Positions 16,999 through 27,062 of a stretch of 38,379 bases of DNA are shown in pieces (the first letter of the stretch is position 1; each line of letters begins with the position of its first letter). Below the pieces are notes generated by a model. That model had not been told where the DNA came from. It worked only from the letters and a program-made list of their open reading frames with translations, and did not search any database. Position numbers and translations under genes: made by a program. Origin of the DNA: a candidate division FCPU426 bacterium (GTDB taxonomy: Bacteria; Oederibacteriota; JAAXVQ01; JAUVAV01); assembly GCA_030637655.1 (NCBI GenBank), contig DAOWGI010000045.1, positions 1 through 38,379 on the forward strand, in the 5' to 3' direction.

Positions 16999-18828
16999 TT
17001 GACAACGCGAAAGATGAAAATCGGGGTTACCGGATTAGATGAAATACTCCTGGGTGGTGTGCTGGAAGGTGAGAGTGTCCTGGTGGAGGGGCTGCCAGGG
17101 ACCGGTAAAACCACCTTAGGACTCCATTTTATTCTTCAGGGTATAGCGGAAGGTGAAGCTGGACTGATTATTACCTTTGAAGAATTTCCCGCCCAATATT
17201 ACCGCGATGCTCTGAACTTCGGTTGGGATCTGAAACAACTGGAAGAGGATAAGAAGTTAAAAATTATTATGACCTCACCCAAAGTCTTAAGCCAAGAACT
17301 GGAACGGCCTGGTGGATTATTGGATCACTTGATACACGAATTGGACATTAAACGTGTTTTGGTGGATTCTATTAATTTCCTCTACCGGATCAAAAACGAA
17401 AATATGCATAGTCGTGATTTAATCAATCGTTTTATCAACGGTTTCAAACGACAGAACGTAACCAGCTTTCTCATTAAAGATATTGAGGGCGAAGATATAT
17501 CACATTGGGGTATGTATTCTGTGGATTGTTATATTCGTCTCTGTTTTGATCTGGTTCGTGAGTGCCAGCGTCGTCGCTTGATTGAGGTATTTAAAGCCCG
17601 TGGGCAGCGTCATTTGCATGGTCAACATCCCTTTGGGATTACTGAGGAGGGATTAGAAGTCTATCCGACCTCTTTGCCCAACCAAATTACAACTGCTACG
17701 ACCGGTAGAGTAGCAGATGTGGAACGTATTCCAACCGGTGTTTCGGGGTTGGATGAAATGCTGGGTGGAGGTTTTTTTACAGGGCAGAGTATTTTAGTTA
17801 CCGGACCATCCGGTACCGGAAAAACCAATTTGGCGCTGAGCTTCCTGGCCCAAGGGCTACAGAACAACGAGACGTGCCTCTATTTTTCCATGGAAGAAAT
17901 GGGGAGTAATTTAATTCGTCATGCCCGGTCATTGGGGATCAATCTGGAAGCGGCAATTCAAGCCGGTCATCTCACCTTGTTGAACATTCCAAGTGTCGGA
18001 CTCAGCGAAGGTGAATTTTTACATCTGCTTAGAAAGAATTTAAGTGAACTACGACCCGATCGGCTCGTGGTGGACCCAATCAATTTCTTAAATACCGTAG
18101 CGACATCTCCGGAAACGGCACAACTGACCTTTCAGACCATGATTCGTATATTGCGCGACGCCAAAGTAACCACTATCTGTACTTCGGAAATTTCCGAAGT
18201 GGTGGGTGATTTCAAATTGTCCGACTTCAATTATTTGGTGGACACCGTGATTTTACTCCGCTTGGCGGAAATTGATACTACCTTGCGTAAAGCAGTGATG
18301 ATCATCAAACAACGCGGATCCAAACATGACCGTAATCTACGTGAACTGCTGATTGATTCCGAAGGCGTGCGTATTGGTGAACCCTTTAGTAGCTACGAAG
18401 GTATTCTTGCCGGTCAGACCCGCCGTCGTAATGATGCGGAACCGACCAAAATATTAATTGTGGATGATGATACCCAAATGGTCGAACTCATCAAAGCCAG
18501 TTTTCGGGATGAACGTTTTTCGCTGGCCTCTTGCGCCGATGGAGAAACCGCTTTACAAATGACCATCACCGAAGCTCCTGATTTGTTAATACTGGATTTA
18601 ATGCTTCCCAAATTAAATGGGTTTGAGGTTTGTCAGCGTCTTAAGGCCGACAAAGCCACAGCCGAAATACCGGTCATTATTCTATCGGCCAAGGGTGAAA
18701 CTGAAGCCAAAGTACAGGGAATTAAGGTCGGGGCGGATGATTATATTACCAAGCCCTTTTCACCCCAGGAATTGGTAGCCCGTGTCAAAATGATTATTAG
18801 GAGAGTGTACGGGAAGAGACAGTACTAA
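16999..18828 (+). CDS. KaiC-like double RecA-type ATPase fused to a C-terminal receiver domain
   Basis: Two Walker A motifs (GLPGTGKT, GPSGTGKT), TFEE/SMEE, KARG/KQRG; REC motifs ILIVDDD, LDLMLP, LSAK, DDYITKPF. Confidence 0.9.
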   Translation: MTTRKMKIGVTGLDEILLGGVLEGESVLVEGLPGTGKTTLGLHFILQGIAEGEAGLIITFEEFPAQYYRDALNFGWDLKQLEEDKKLKIIMTSPKVLSQELERPGGLLDHLIHELDIKRVLVDSINFLYRIKNENMHSRDLINRFINGFKRQNVTSFLIKDIEGEDISHWGMYSVDCYIRLCFDLVRECQRRRLIEVFKARGQRHLHGQHPFGITEEGLEVYPTSLPNQITTATTGRVADVERIPTGVSGLDEMLGGGFFTGQSILVTGPSGTGKTNLALSFLAQGLQNNETCLYFSMEEMGSNLIRHARSLGINLEAAIQAGHLTLLNIPSVGLSEGEFLHLLRKNLSELRPDRLVVDPINFLNTVATSPETAQLTFQTMIRILRDAKVTTICTSEISEVVGDFKLSDFNYLVDTVILLRLAEIDTTLRKAVMIIKQRGSKHDRNLRELLIDSEGVRIGEPFSSYEGILAGQTRRRNDAEPTKILIVDDDTQMVELIKASFRDERFSLASCADGETALQMTITEAPDLLILDLMLPKLNGFEVCQRLKADKATAEIPVIILSAKGETEAKVQGIKVGADDYITKPFSPQELVARVKMIIRRVYGKRQY

Positions 18829-20873
18829 TGCGGCGTAGTTTCCTTATCCTAATATCACTCCTGGTAATTTTGCCAACCTCGCTTATTATATCAGAATCAT
18901 TCCGAGCAGAAAAAGAAACTGTAAAAAAGCACTTGTCCGTCGGAGGAACAGTAGGGCTGCCACCCTATACCTACTTGGACCAAAATGGCGTGTATACCGG
19001 TTATTCCGTGGATATCATGCGCGCGATCGGTGAATTGCTGGGTATTGAAAATATTTTATTTTTTCCTGATGCTCATGATCAAAATTTAAAAAGATTGAAA
19101 CAAGGCGAAATTGATTGTATCCATTTCGTGCGCTATACCTGTGATTTGGACAGAGATTTTACGTTTGCCGCTTTTTATTTGGAAAGTCCCTCGGTTATTT
19201 TTGTGCAAAACGATTGTTATGACATTGCCAATCAACAAGATCTTTTGGAAAAACGCGTGGCGATTTTAAAGGAAGAACCTGCCTATGCCCGGCTGCAAGA
19301 TATAAAAAGCCATTATTTGATTTCAGTCGCAAATCCGCAAGAAGCGTTTCAGATGATACAAAACGGGAAAGTGGACGCATATATTGGTGAGCGCTTGACC
19401 GCCTTGCACTTCTTAGGCAAACATGGCTTGGATGGTAAATTTAAAGTGGTAGGAATGGAAGTCAGTCGATCGCGTTTTGGCGTGCTTACGCGCAAAGATG
19501 ATAAAGATATTACTGCCGGTATTGCTAAGGCTTATAAAACATTGGAAAAATCCGGAAAACGCGACCGGGTATTTTATCGATGGTTTGGCAAAGGATATTA
19601 TCCCCAACCATTACTATCACGACATACTGTGCGTTGGGTAATGATATTTGTGGGCACCTCATTGCTGGTGGCCATGATTGTCTTGGGGTGGAATTTGCTC
19701 TTGCAACGTGAATTGGAATTAAAAGCAGTGGCCGTAGAACGGGCGTCATTGAATAAAAAAATTGCTCAAGAAAAAAGCCGGTTTGAGGCCATTGTGCAAT
19801 CCATGACAGAAGGATTGATGCTCGTTGATCCCAATGGTGCCATTGCTTATGTCAATGCTCCGGGCGCTCAGTATTTGGGTCGACGGGTGGAAGATTTGCT
19901 AATGCATCCACTTACCGTATTAAACGACAATTTGTTGGCCAAAGCTAAAGATCCGGAAAAATTAGCGCGCCAACTGGAATATGCTGAAGGGCATCCTAAC
20001 CGTCCGGCGGTTATTGAGTACACGATAACCACTTTAAAGCACCAGGATATACGCTTGAAATTATTCCCGGTTCGTGATCGGCATGGTGAATTTGCCGGAC
20101 GAGGTATTCTCATTGAGGATATTACACACGAGCGTGAAGTCGAACGCTTAAAGTCTGAATTTGTCTCGATTGCCAGTCATGAATTAAGAACACCCATGAC
20201 CAGCATATTGGGTTTTTCGGAAATCATGCTTAATAAGTCCCTGCCTATGGATATGATGAAACGCTATATGAATCAAATTCATAGTGAGGCAGAGCGTTTG
20301 ACGCGTATCTTGAATGATATGCTGGATATTAGTTATTTGGAAAGTGGCGAAGGTGTGATTGAACGAAAATCCGTAAACATGGTAGACCTCGTGAATGAGG
20401 TGGTGGATAATTTTCAGGCTCAGATAAAAGATCGCAGGGATTTGCGTGTTTCCATTCAAGGTGATGTCTCTACCGTGATGATTGACCGGGATAAAATTGC
20501 CCAAGTACTTTGGAATTTATTTTCCAATGCGGACAAGTATTCACATGAAGGCCGAAAAGTACTGGTGGACCTTATTGAGCGGAAAGAAGGGGATCCGGAA
20601 TGGAAATTTCCGCGGGAAGAATTTAGCATGTTGCTTCCTTGCGTAGAATTGCGAGTTACAGATTTTGGGCAAGGGATTAACGAAGATCAGTTGTCGCTGA
20701 TTTTCATTCCTTTTTATCGCGTGGAAACGGCAGTGCATACCATTCGCGGCAGCGGATTGGGCTTGGCCATTGTGAAGCGTATTATGGAAGCCCATGGCGG
20801 GAAGGTGTGGGCAACCAGTCGGCCAGGCGGTCCGACCGTGTTTACTGTGTTGCTGCCCAAAGGAAACCAATGA
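18828..20873 (+). CDS. Membrane sensor histidine kinase: family-3 substrate-binding domain, TM, PAS, HisKA, HATPase
   Basis: PPYTY..GYSVDIM, SHELRTP, NLFSNADKY, DFGQGI, GSGLGLAI; start overlaps the upstream stop. Confidence 0.92.
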   Translation: MRRSFLILISLLVILPTSLIISESFRAEKETVKKHLSVGGTVGLPPYTYLDQNGVYTGYSVDIMRAIGELLGIENILFFPDAHDQNLKRLKQGEIDCIHFVRYTCDLDRDFTFAAFYLESPSVIFVQNDCYDIANQQDLLEKRVAILKEEPAYARLQDIKSHYLISVANPQEAFQMIQNGKVDAYIGERLTALHFLGKHGLDGKFKVVGMEVSRSRFGVLTRKDDKDITAGIAKAYKTLEKSGKRDRVFYRWFGKGYYPQPLLSRHTVRWVMIFVGTSLLVAMIVLGWNLLLQRELELKAVAVERASLNKKIAQEKSRFEAIVQSMTEGLMLVDPNGAIAYVNAPGAQYLGRRVEDLLMHPLTVLNDNLLAKAKDPEKLARQLEYAEGHPNRPAVIEYTITTLKHQDIRLKLFPVRDRHGEFAGRGILIEDITHEREVERLKSEFVSIASHELRTPMTSILGFSEIMLNKSLPMDMMKRYMNQIHSEAERLTRILNDMLDISYLESGEGVIERKSVNMVDLVNEVVDNFQAQIKDRRDLRVSIQGDVSTVMIDRDKIAQVLWNLFSNADKYSHEGRKVLVDLIERKEGDPEWKFPREEFSMLLPCVELRVTDFGQGINEDQLSLIFIPFYRVETAVHTIRGSGLGLAIVKRIMEAHGGKVWATSRPGGPTVFTVLLPKGNQ

Positions 20874-20888
20874 TTCGAATGCGAGGAT

Positions 20889-23075
20889 GTGGTCGTGATT
20901 AAATCCCTGCTGGAATATTTGGAAAATAAGGTGGATGCGATAACCGAAATCGTAGTGAACCAAGCCTGTAAAAAATTCGAACGTTATCGACAAGCCTCGG
21001 AAATTGAAATTCTCAACATCCAACAGACCATTCGCACTCAAATCATCATTGTTTTGCGGAGGCTGAGCGGGAAAAAGATAGATAAAAAGGCTCTGCAAGC
21101 TACCTTGATCGCTTTGGCTGAACGACGAGCGCGCCAAGGCTATCCCTTGTCGGAAATTCTTGGCATCGTACAGCTGATAAAAAACCAATTTTTCAAATAT
21201 ATGGAAACAGCTTTACAGGAGAATTCAGAAATTACCGCAAGTGAATTTTCAACTGTGATGATTGAATCCAATGCTCACTTTCACCGCCTGGATCTTGGGC
21301 TGATAGAGCCTTATCAACAATTCCAGGACAACATTATTCAGACCCAACAATCTTTTTTGAAACATAAATTCACCAGTTTATTTCGGCTGATTGAAGCAAT
21401 AACCAACAATTTAAATATCCAGGAGTTTTGTGAAATTTTGTTGGATTATTTATGTCGGTTTTATGATGTTAAAGTCTCTGTAGTTTTGTTGTTGGATGAA
21501 AATAAGAATGAGCTATATCCTCAGCATGCCACCGGTATGTCACGCCGGTATAAGCATGAAACCCGATTCTCTGTTAATGCCCCTCCTTTTAAAAAATACA
21601 TTCAGGAAGGGCATGCTGTACATGCCATGGATACGCCCTTTCACGTTGATCAATTATCGGCAAGTTTACCCCTGGCGACTGAAAACACCCTGTTGGAAAA
21701 CTCAATGCCAAGCAAAAAACATGGTGTGAAAAGGGATAATCAGACAGAACACCCAATGTGTTCTTCATTGTACGCTCCCATGATTGGCCGACAACGAACA
21801 TATGGGGTGGTCGCGCTTCACTGTTTGAAACAACGCCGTTTTTCTCAAAATGAAATCCAACAGTTTGAAACTCTGGCGAGAATTGCAGCTGTGGCCTTGG
21901 AAAATGCCCGCTTTTATCAAAATTTAATCGAAGAAAAAGGGAAAATTGATGCCATTGTCAATTCGATTACCGATGGACTGGTATTGATTGATTTTCACGA
22001 AGAAATTGTATTCATCAATGATCAGGCCTCTCGTTATTTCCAACAACCGGCGTATCGCTTAATGGGCGCTTCCGCTTCGATATTACCGGAACGATTATTG
22101 GCCAATGCTAAAGAACCGCATATACTTCAATCCGCTTATTTACGGGCGCTGTCAACAATTGTTGAACATCCGGTGTTGGAATGCACGTTATATCGTCCGG
22201 AAATTATTGATATTCGTTTAAGCATGTTTCCAGTACGCGACCGTGATAATCATTTTATAGGACGCGGCCTGATCATAAAGGACATCACTCATGAAAAAGA
22301 AGTGAACCGAATGAAATCTGAATTTGTGGCTATTGCGAGCCATACCATGAGAACACCCATGACGAGTATTTTGGGATTTGCCGGTTTGTTGCTGGAAAAC
22401 AAAATGACGCCTGAAGTGCAAAAAAAATACATTCACAACATTCAGAAAGAATCGCAACGTTTAACCAATATTTTAAATGACATGCTGGATTTGATGAATA
22501 TTGAATCTGGGAAAATATCCTTGAAATTAATTTCCGTGGATGGCGTGGGATTGGTCAAAACGGTTGCCGGAAAATTAAGCGGGCAAACGCAACGAGAAAT
22601 TACGATTTTGGGGGGAGATAAAAAGATGCCTCGCTTAATTGCTGATAAAATAAAAATCGCGCAAGTGCTGCACAATCTCTTGATGAACGCCGTTCAATTT
22701 AGTTCCGGAAAAATAAAAACAAATGTAAAAAAAGTGAATTCCATACGCTTCAGACCTGGATATTATCACTCGACCTTGAATTTGGATCATCCGGGATTGT
22801 TTCCGGCGGTAGTGTTTAGTGTGGAAGATCAGGGAGCAGGAATTCCCTACGATCAGTCGAATGCCATATTTGAACCCTTTCATAAAATAAATAAAGAAAG
22901 CATGCGAGTTCACGAAGGCTCGGGTTTGGGACTGACCATTGCGCGTTATATTATCGAGGCACATGGCGGCAAACTATGGGTTGAATCCAAACCGGGTAAA
23001 GGAAGTGTATTTTCTTTTGCGTTGCCCCTGGAACTTACGGCGGTTGATAAAAACATCGGACCTATGGCCACCTAG
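20889..23075 (+). CDS. Cytoplasmic histidine kinase-like protein: RsbRD_N-like, GAF, PAS, HisKA, HATPase
   Basis: ERRARQGYPLSEI, ALENARFY, SHTMRTP, NLLMNAVQF, DQGAGI, GSGLGL. Confidence 0.9.
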   Translation: MVVIKSLLEYLENKVDAITEIVVNQACKKFERYRQASEIEILNIQQTIRTQIIIVLRRLSGKKIDKKALQATLIALAERRARQGYPLSEILGIVQLIKNQFFKYMETALQENSEITASEFSTVMIESNAHFHRLDLGLIEPYQQFQDNIIQTQQSFLKHKFTSLFRLIEAITNNLNIQEFCEILLDYLCRFYDVKVSVVLLLDENKNELYPQHATGMSRRYKHETRFSVNAPPFKKYIQEGHAVHAMDTPFHVDQLSASLPLATENTLLENSMPSKKHGVKRDNQTEHPMCSSLYAPMIGRQRTYGVVALHCLKQRRFSQNEIQQFETLARIAAVALENARFYQNLIEEKGKIDAIVNSITDGLVLIDFHEEIVFINDQASRYFQQPAYRLMGASASILPERLLANAKEPHILQSAYLRALSTIVEHPVLECTLYRPEIIDIRLSMFPVRDRDNHFIGRGLIIKDITHEKEVNRMKSEFVAIASHTMRTPMTSILGFAGLLLENKMTPEVQKKYIHNIQKESQRLTNILNDMLDLMNIESGKISLKLISVDGVGLVKTVAGKLSGQTQREITILGGDKKMPRLIADKIKIAQVLHNLLMNAVQFSSGKIKTNVKKVNSIRFRPGYYHSTLNLDHPGLFPAVVFSVEDQGAGIPYDQSNAIFEPFHKINKESMRVHEGSGLGLTIARYIIEAHGGKLWVESKPGKGSVFSFALPLELTAVDKNIGPMAT

Positions 23076-23102
23076 GAGTGTGTCTCAGAAATTCTATTAA
23101 TA

Positions 23103-23196
23103 TGTCACCCCGGCATGATTTTAGCCGGGGTCCAGAAAAGCATTATTTTTTACTGATAAATTCATGGATTCCGGCTGAAAGCATGCCGGAATGACA
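23103..23196. repeat. REP-like palindromic element (copy C)
   Basis: tgtcaccccggc...gccggggtcca...tggattccggc...gccggaatgaca. Confidence 0.8.
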
Positions 23197-23305
23197 AACT
23201 ATAAATTCCAACGATGCTGTCTGACGGATTTTAATATCAAACAATTTTCCGGTGTTTTCTGTGGTGGATTTTGACAATACGCTTTTTTACCGAAGGAATA
23301 TACTC

Positions 23306-23863
23306 ATGCAAAATAATTTTCCGCCCTTGAATTCGAAATTCAGTGATAAAAAAACTAAAACCACAATTGATATTATAAATCTGCCGGTAATTAATCTTGG
23401 TAATATTTCTGAAAATGAAATGATGGATTTTGTCAAAGTGGAAACAAATTACTACTTTAATGGCTGGAAGCTTGGCCAAGAACGAAAAACCCAAATAAGT
23501 TGGAATTGGGCTGCGTTTCTTTTTCCCGTTTTTTGGCTGGCTTATCGAAAAATGTACCTGTTGGCTGGTATTGCATTTTGCCTCGGATTTTTACTTTCCT
23601 TCATTACTGAAATTACTCATTCTTATATCAGCTTAATTTCAGAGCTTTTATTTTTTATAATATTCGGGCTATGGGGAAATGCCATGTATTTAAAGCATGC
23701 TAAAAGAATGGTTAACGCTATTAGAGTAAAAATCCAGGATGAAAAGGAAAAATCAGAGATAATATGCCGCCAAGGCGGCACCAGTTTGATCAGTCTAATT
23801 ATTTTAATACTTATTACTGTTATAACTATTGTTACTATGGGTATTGTTAAATGGACATTATAG
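23306..23863 (+). CDS. DUF2628 domain membrane protein
   Basis: SWNWAAFLFPVFWLAYRKMY, FGLWGNAMY, GGTS; ATG 23306 after aagga (ORF open from 23252). Confidence 0.85.
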   Translation: MQNNFPPLNSKFSDKKTKTTIDIINLPVINLGNISENEMMDFVKVETNYYFNGWKLGQERKTQISWNWAAFLFPVFWLAYRKMYLLAGIAFCLGFLLSFITEITHSYISLISELLFFIIFGLWGNAMYLKHAKRMVNAIRVKIQDEKEKSEIICRQGGTSLISLIILILITVITIVTMGIVKWTL

Positions 23864-24311
23864 TCACAACATTAAGTGAATGAGCATAACTGACGTGGTG
23901 TTGTATAATACAAAATATATTTTCATTAGAAATTTGCGAAAAAACTACTATTGGTGTAAAAAAAGGAAGAAAAAATCCTCAAGTTAGTGCCATTCGGGAC
24001 ACTACACTAGATAGCGCAGCTAAAAACAACGGAGGTGAGACGCGCAGGGCAAGTACGTCCGAAAATTTATATAAAATTATTATTTGCCATAATTTCAGAT
24101 TGAAAAGTTCGGTCCAGTTTAAAATTCGAGTTTTTTAATGGTTGGACATTTAGATTAGCGGAAAATTTGATCGATTCCCGGCCACCTGTGGTATATTTTA
24201 ACCTTGGAATTTTATTCAGTTAGCAGGGTGGCTGGAATGCTCTGAAAAAGACAATCAATTTCAGAGGAATATACACATTAGTACAAATAACTTAAAAGGT
24301 ATTTATCATTT

Positions 24312-25106
24312 ATGCTGAAATTATTAAAAATTCAAATAAGAAAACTTTTACGTTTTTATGGGATGGGTTTTTATAAAATTAAATCATCCACCCGGCATGA
24401 TATGCGGGGAGCGCTTGAACATCTTTCGCGTATGAATTTTTATCCTAGAACCGTAATTGATGTCGGGGTGGCTTATGGTACCTACTCATTATATCGGCAG
24501 TTCCCCAATTCAACCCATCTGCTGGTAGAACCGCTCGCAGAGTATAAATCCGTACTGGAAAAGATAATGCAACAATATAAAGCGGAATATGTCCTGGCCG
24601 CCGCCGGGAATCGTGATGGAACTATAGCCATAAATGTTCACCCCGATCTGTCCGGGTCTACAATTTTCAAAGAATCAGAAGGCAAACAGGTAGATGGGAT
24701 TTCCAGAAAAGTACCTATGGTCCGGCTGGATTCGCTATGCTGCCTGAAAAATATGCCAGGGCCTTATTTAATAAAAATTGATACTCAGGGCGCAGAACTT
24801 TTGGTTTTAGAAGGAGCCGCCGGAATATTATCCGAGACGGAAGTGATTATTTTAGAAGTTTCGTTTTTTCAATTCTATAAAAACGGCCCCCAGTTTTTTG
24901 ACGTGATCGCTTGGATGAAAAAACAGGGATTTGTCGCGTATGATATATACGGAGGACAAATACGTCCCCTGGATGGCGCGCTGGCTCAAGTGGATATGGT
25001 TTTCATCAAAGAAAACGGACCCTTTAGAGAAAATCACTACTATGCCACCCCCCGGCAACGTGAAAAACACACAAAATTAATTAGTGCGCGAAATCCCAAA
25101 AAATAA
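24312..25106 (+). CDS. FkbM family methyltransferase
   Basis: VIDVGVAYG, LVEP, VRLDSL, IKIDTQGAELLVLEGA, LEVSF, QVDMVF. Confidence 0.88.
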   Translation: MLKLLKIQIRKLLRFYGMGFYKIKSSTRHDMRGALEHLSRMNFYPRTVIDVGVAYGTYSLYRQFPNSTHLLVEPLAEYKSVLEKIMQQYKAEYVLAAAGNRDGTIAINVHPDLSGSTIFKESEGKQVDGISRKVPMVRLDSLCCLKNMPGPYLIKIDTQGAELLVLEGAAGILSETEVIILEVSFFQFYKNGPQFFDVIAWMKKQGFVAYDIYGGQIRPLDGALAQVDMVFIKENGPFRENHYYATPRQREKHTKLISARNPKK

Positions 25107-25149
25107 GTTTCAACACCAGGAATATAGCATTCTCCTCCAGACAGAAAAA

Positions 25150-26877
25150 TTACAATTTCATACTTTCGGTTGATTCTTGCAATGAGGAAGCAGCTGAAGT
25201 AATTTCCTCAATACTAGCTGTGACCGACATCATGGAATTATTCAGTTCTTCCATACTTGCGGCGATTTCTTCCAGGGCCGAGGAATTGTCCTCTGCAAAG
25301 GTGATAACTTCTCTCATGTTGGACTGTACCGCATCCATGCGTTCCAGTTGGGAGCGGGAAACTGTTGACATGGAGGCAACTCGCTGTTCTAAATTACTGA
25401 CTGAGCTGACGATAGTAGTTAATGATTTTACGGATCCGGTCATGGACTCGCGTCCGTCTGTGACATTTTTAGTGCCACCGGTCATGGAGTCCACCGCTGC
25501 ACGATTCTCGGTTTGAATGCGTTGAACCAGAGACGCGATCTGTTTGGTTGCATCGGCGGATTCCTCGGCCAGTTTTTTAATTTCATCCGCAACTACGGCA
25601 AAACCACGACCGGCATCGCCGGCCCGAGCCGCTTCAATGGCTGCATTCAAAGCGAGTAAATTGGTTTGTTCCGCAATTTGGGTAATAACTTCCAAGACTT
25701 GATCAATTTCCTGGATAGTACCGCTGAGTTCGCTGACTTGACGGACGTTTTTATCAAAAATATTAAATAGCAAGGATATTTTTTCAATAGCCGATTGAAT
25801 AATTTGACTACTTCCGGTAGCGGTTTCCTGAGTATCTCGGGCCAAACTACTGGCTTGGTCCAGCGAGGATAAAAATTCGTATAATGATTTGGACTGGTCT
25901 TGAATGGCTTTGGCTGAATTTGTGGTATGCTCACGTTGGTGCTCGGCATTGGTTGCCACGGAGGAGACATTACTGGCAACTTCTTCAGTAGCAGCGCTGA
26001 TTTCTTCAGACAGGGAAGAGAGATGTTCCGAGATGTGCTGAAGTGTTGTGGTGAGCATTATAGTTGGCTTAATGATATTCTGTATGGAATCCATGAATTG
26101 ATCAAAGGAATTTGCCAAGATGCCAACCTCGGCACTTTTACTGCCATAGTTCAAGCGAAAAGACAAGTCCGCTTGGCCTGCTGAAAATCCATGCATATGA
26201 TTAACCATGGATTTGCTGACTTTACGTAAATCGGATAATAAACGAACGGTAAAATTTGAAAAAATAACCAGACAAACAATAACAATGAGTGTGGTTGAGA
26301 TTAACGTGATGATGAATAAAACGCGATCCCGTTCACTGGCTTTTTTTATATTTTGTAAAATAGCTTGATATTTTACGGCCACTTGACCACTAATACCGAT
26401 CAATTCGCGTACATTTTCTTCACTTTTTTCAGCATTCGTAGAAGCAATAATATCACGTTTTATATTAGAAAAAGTATTGAGCAGCCGCTTAATGTTCTGA
26501 ACTTTGTCATAATATTTTTTAGGAATCGCGGAAAAATATTGTTGTTCTCCATCAGCAAGTAATTTCCCGCCCTTTAACATAATCTTAACGGAAGCAAATA
26601 AGGTGTCTAATTGCAGTTCCAATTCAATACCCAGTTTTTCGATTTCAAGATTAAGATTTGAAGATGAATTATTGTACAAATGGATCTGTATGACTTTGCG
26701 GCTGGCGGACTCAATTAAATGGTTCTGGATAAAAAGCAGCTTTTCACTCTGCTTACTACCTTCTTCTTTGTTGAACATAAAAAGAGTAAAAATCAGTATA
26801 ATGAAAATAAAAGCCGGTACTACAATACCCATTAAAGTAGAGAAAAAATCTGATTTTATTAAGTTTTTAAAATCCAT
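25150..26877 (-). CDS. Methyl-accepting chemotaxis protein
   Basis: Two TM segments, [42 protein letters not shown]. Confidence 0.95.
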   Translation of the reverse strand: MDFKNLIKSDFFSTLMGIVVPAFIFIILIFTLFMFNKEEGSKQSEKLLFIQNHLIESASRKVIQIHLYNNSSSNLNLEIEKLGIELELQLDTLFASVKIMLKGGKLLADGEQQYFSAIPKKYYDKVQNIKRLLNTFSNIKRDIIASTNAEKSEENVRELIGISGQVAVKYQAILQNIKKASERDRVLFIITLISTTLIVIVCLVIFSNFTVRLLSDLRKVSKSMVNHMHGFSAGQADLSFRLNYGSKSAEVGILANSFDQFMDSIQNIIKPTIMLTTTLQHISEHLSSLSEEISAATEEVASNVSSVATNAEHQREHTTNSAKAIQDQSKSLYEFLSSLDQASSLARDTQETATGSSQIIQSAIEKISLLFNIFDKNVRQVSELSGTIQEIDQVLEVITQIAEQTNLLALNAAIEAARAGDAGRGFAVVADEIKKLAEESADATKQIASLVQRIQTENRAAVDSMTGGTKNVTDGRESMTGSVKSLTTIVSSVSNLEQRVASMSTVSRSQLERMDAVQSNMREVITFAEDNSSALEEIAASMEELNNSMMSVTASIEEITSAASSLQESTESMKL

Positions 26878-27062
26878 ATTCAAATCCTTATCTTATGGGA
26901 TGTAAAAAATATTATATTGAATATAAAGCTATTTTCGACAATTTATTGAAACTCTTAATAATATACCAAAAAAACAAAATAATTGGAGCAAAATATTTAA
27001 AATAATATATAATCCTCAAAATGCATATATTCAAAATATTTTAAAAAGCGGAGCGAAAGAAA

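Noticed and set aside
16999-18828. True circadian clock kaiC
   Set aside because: Lacks the ST phosphosites, carries a REC fusion, and no kaiA/kaiB nearby
23884-23990. attC site after the DUF2628 gene (gcataac...gttagtg)
   Set aside because: Ends do not pair well and there is no internal dyad symmetry
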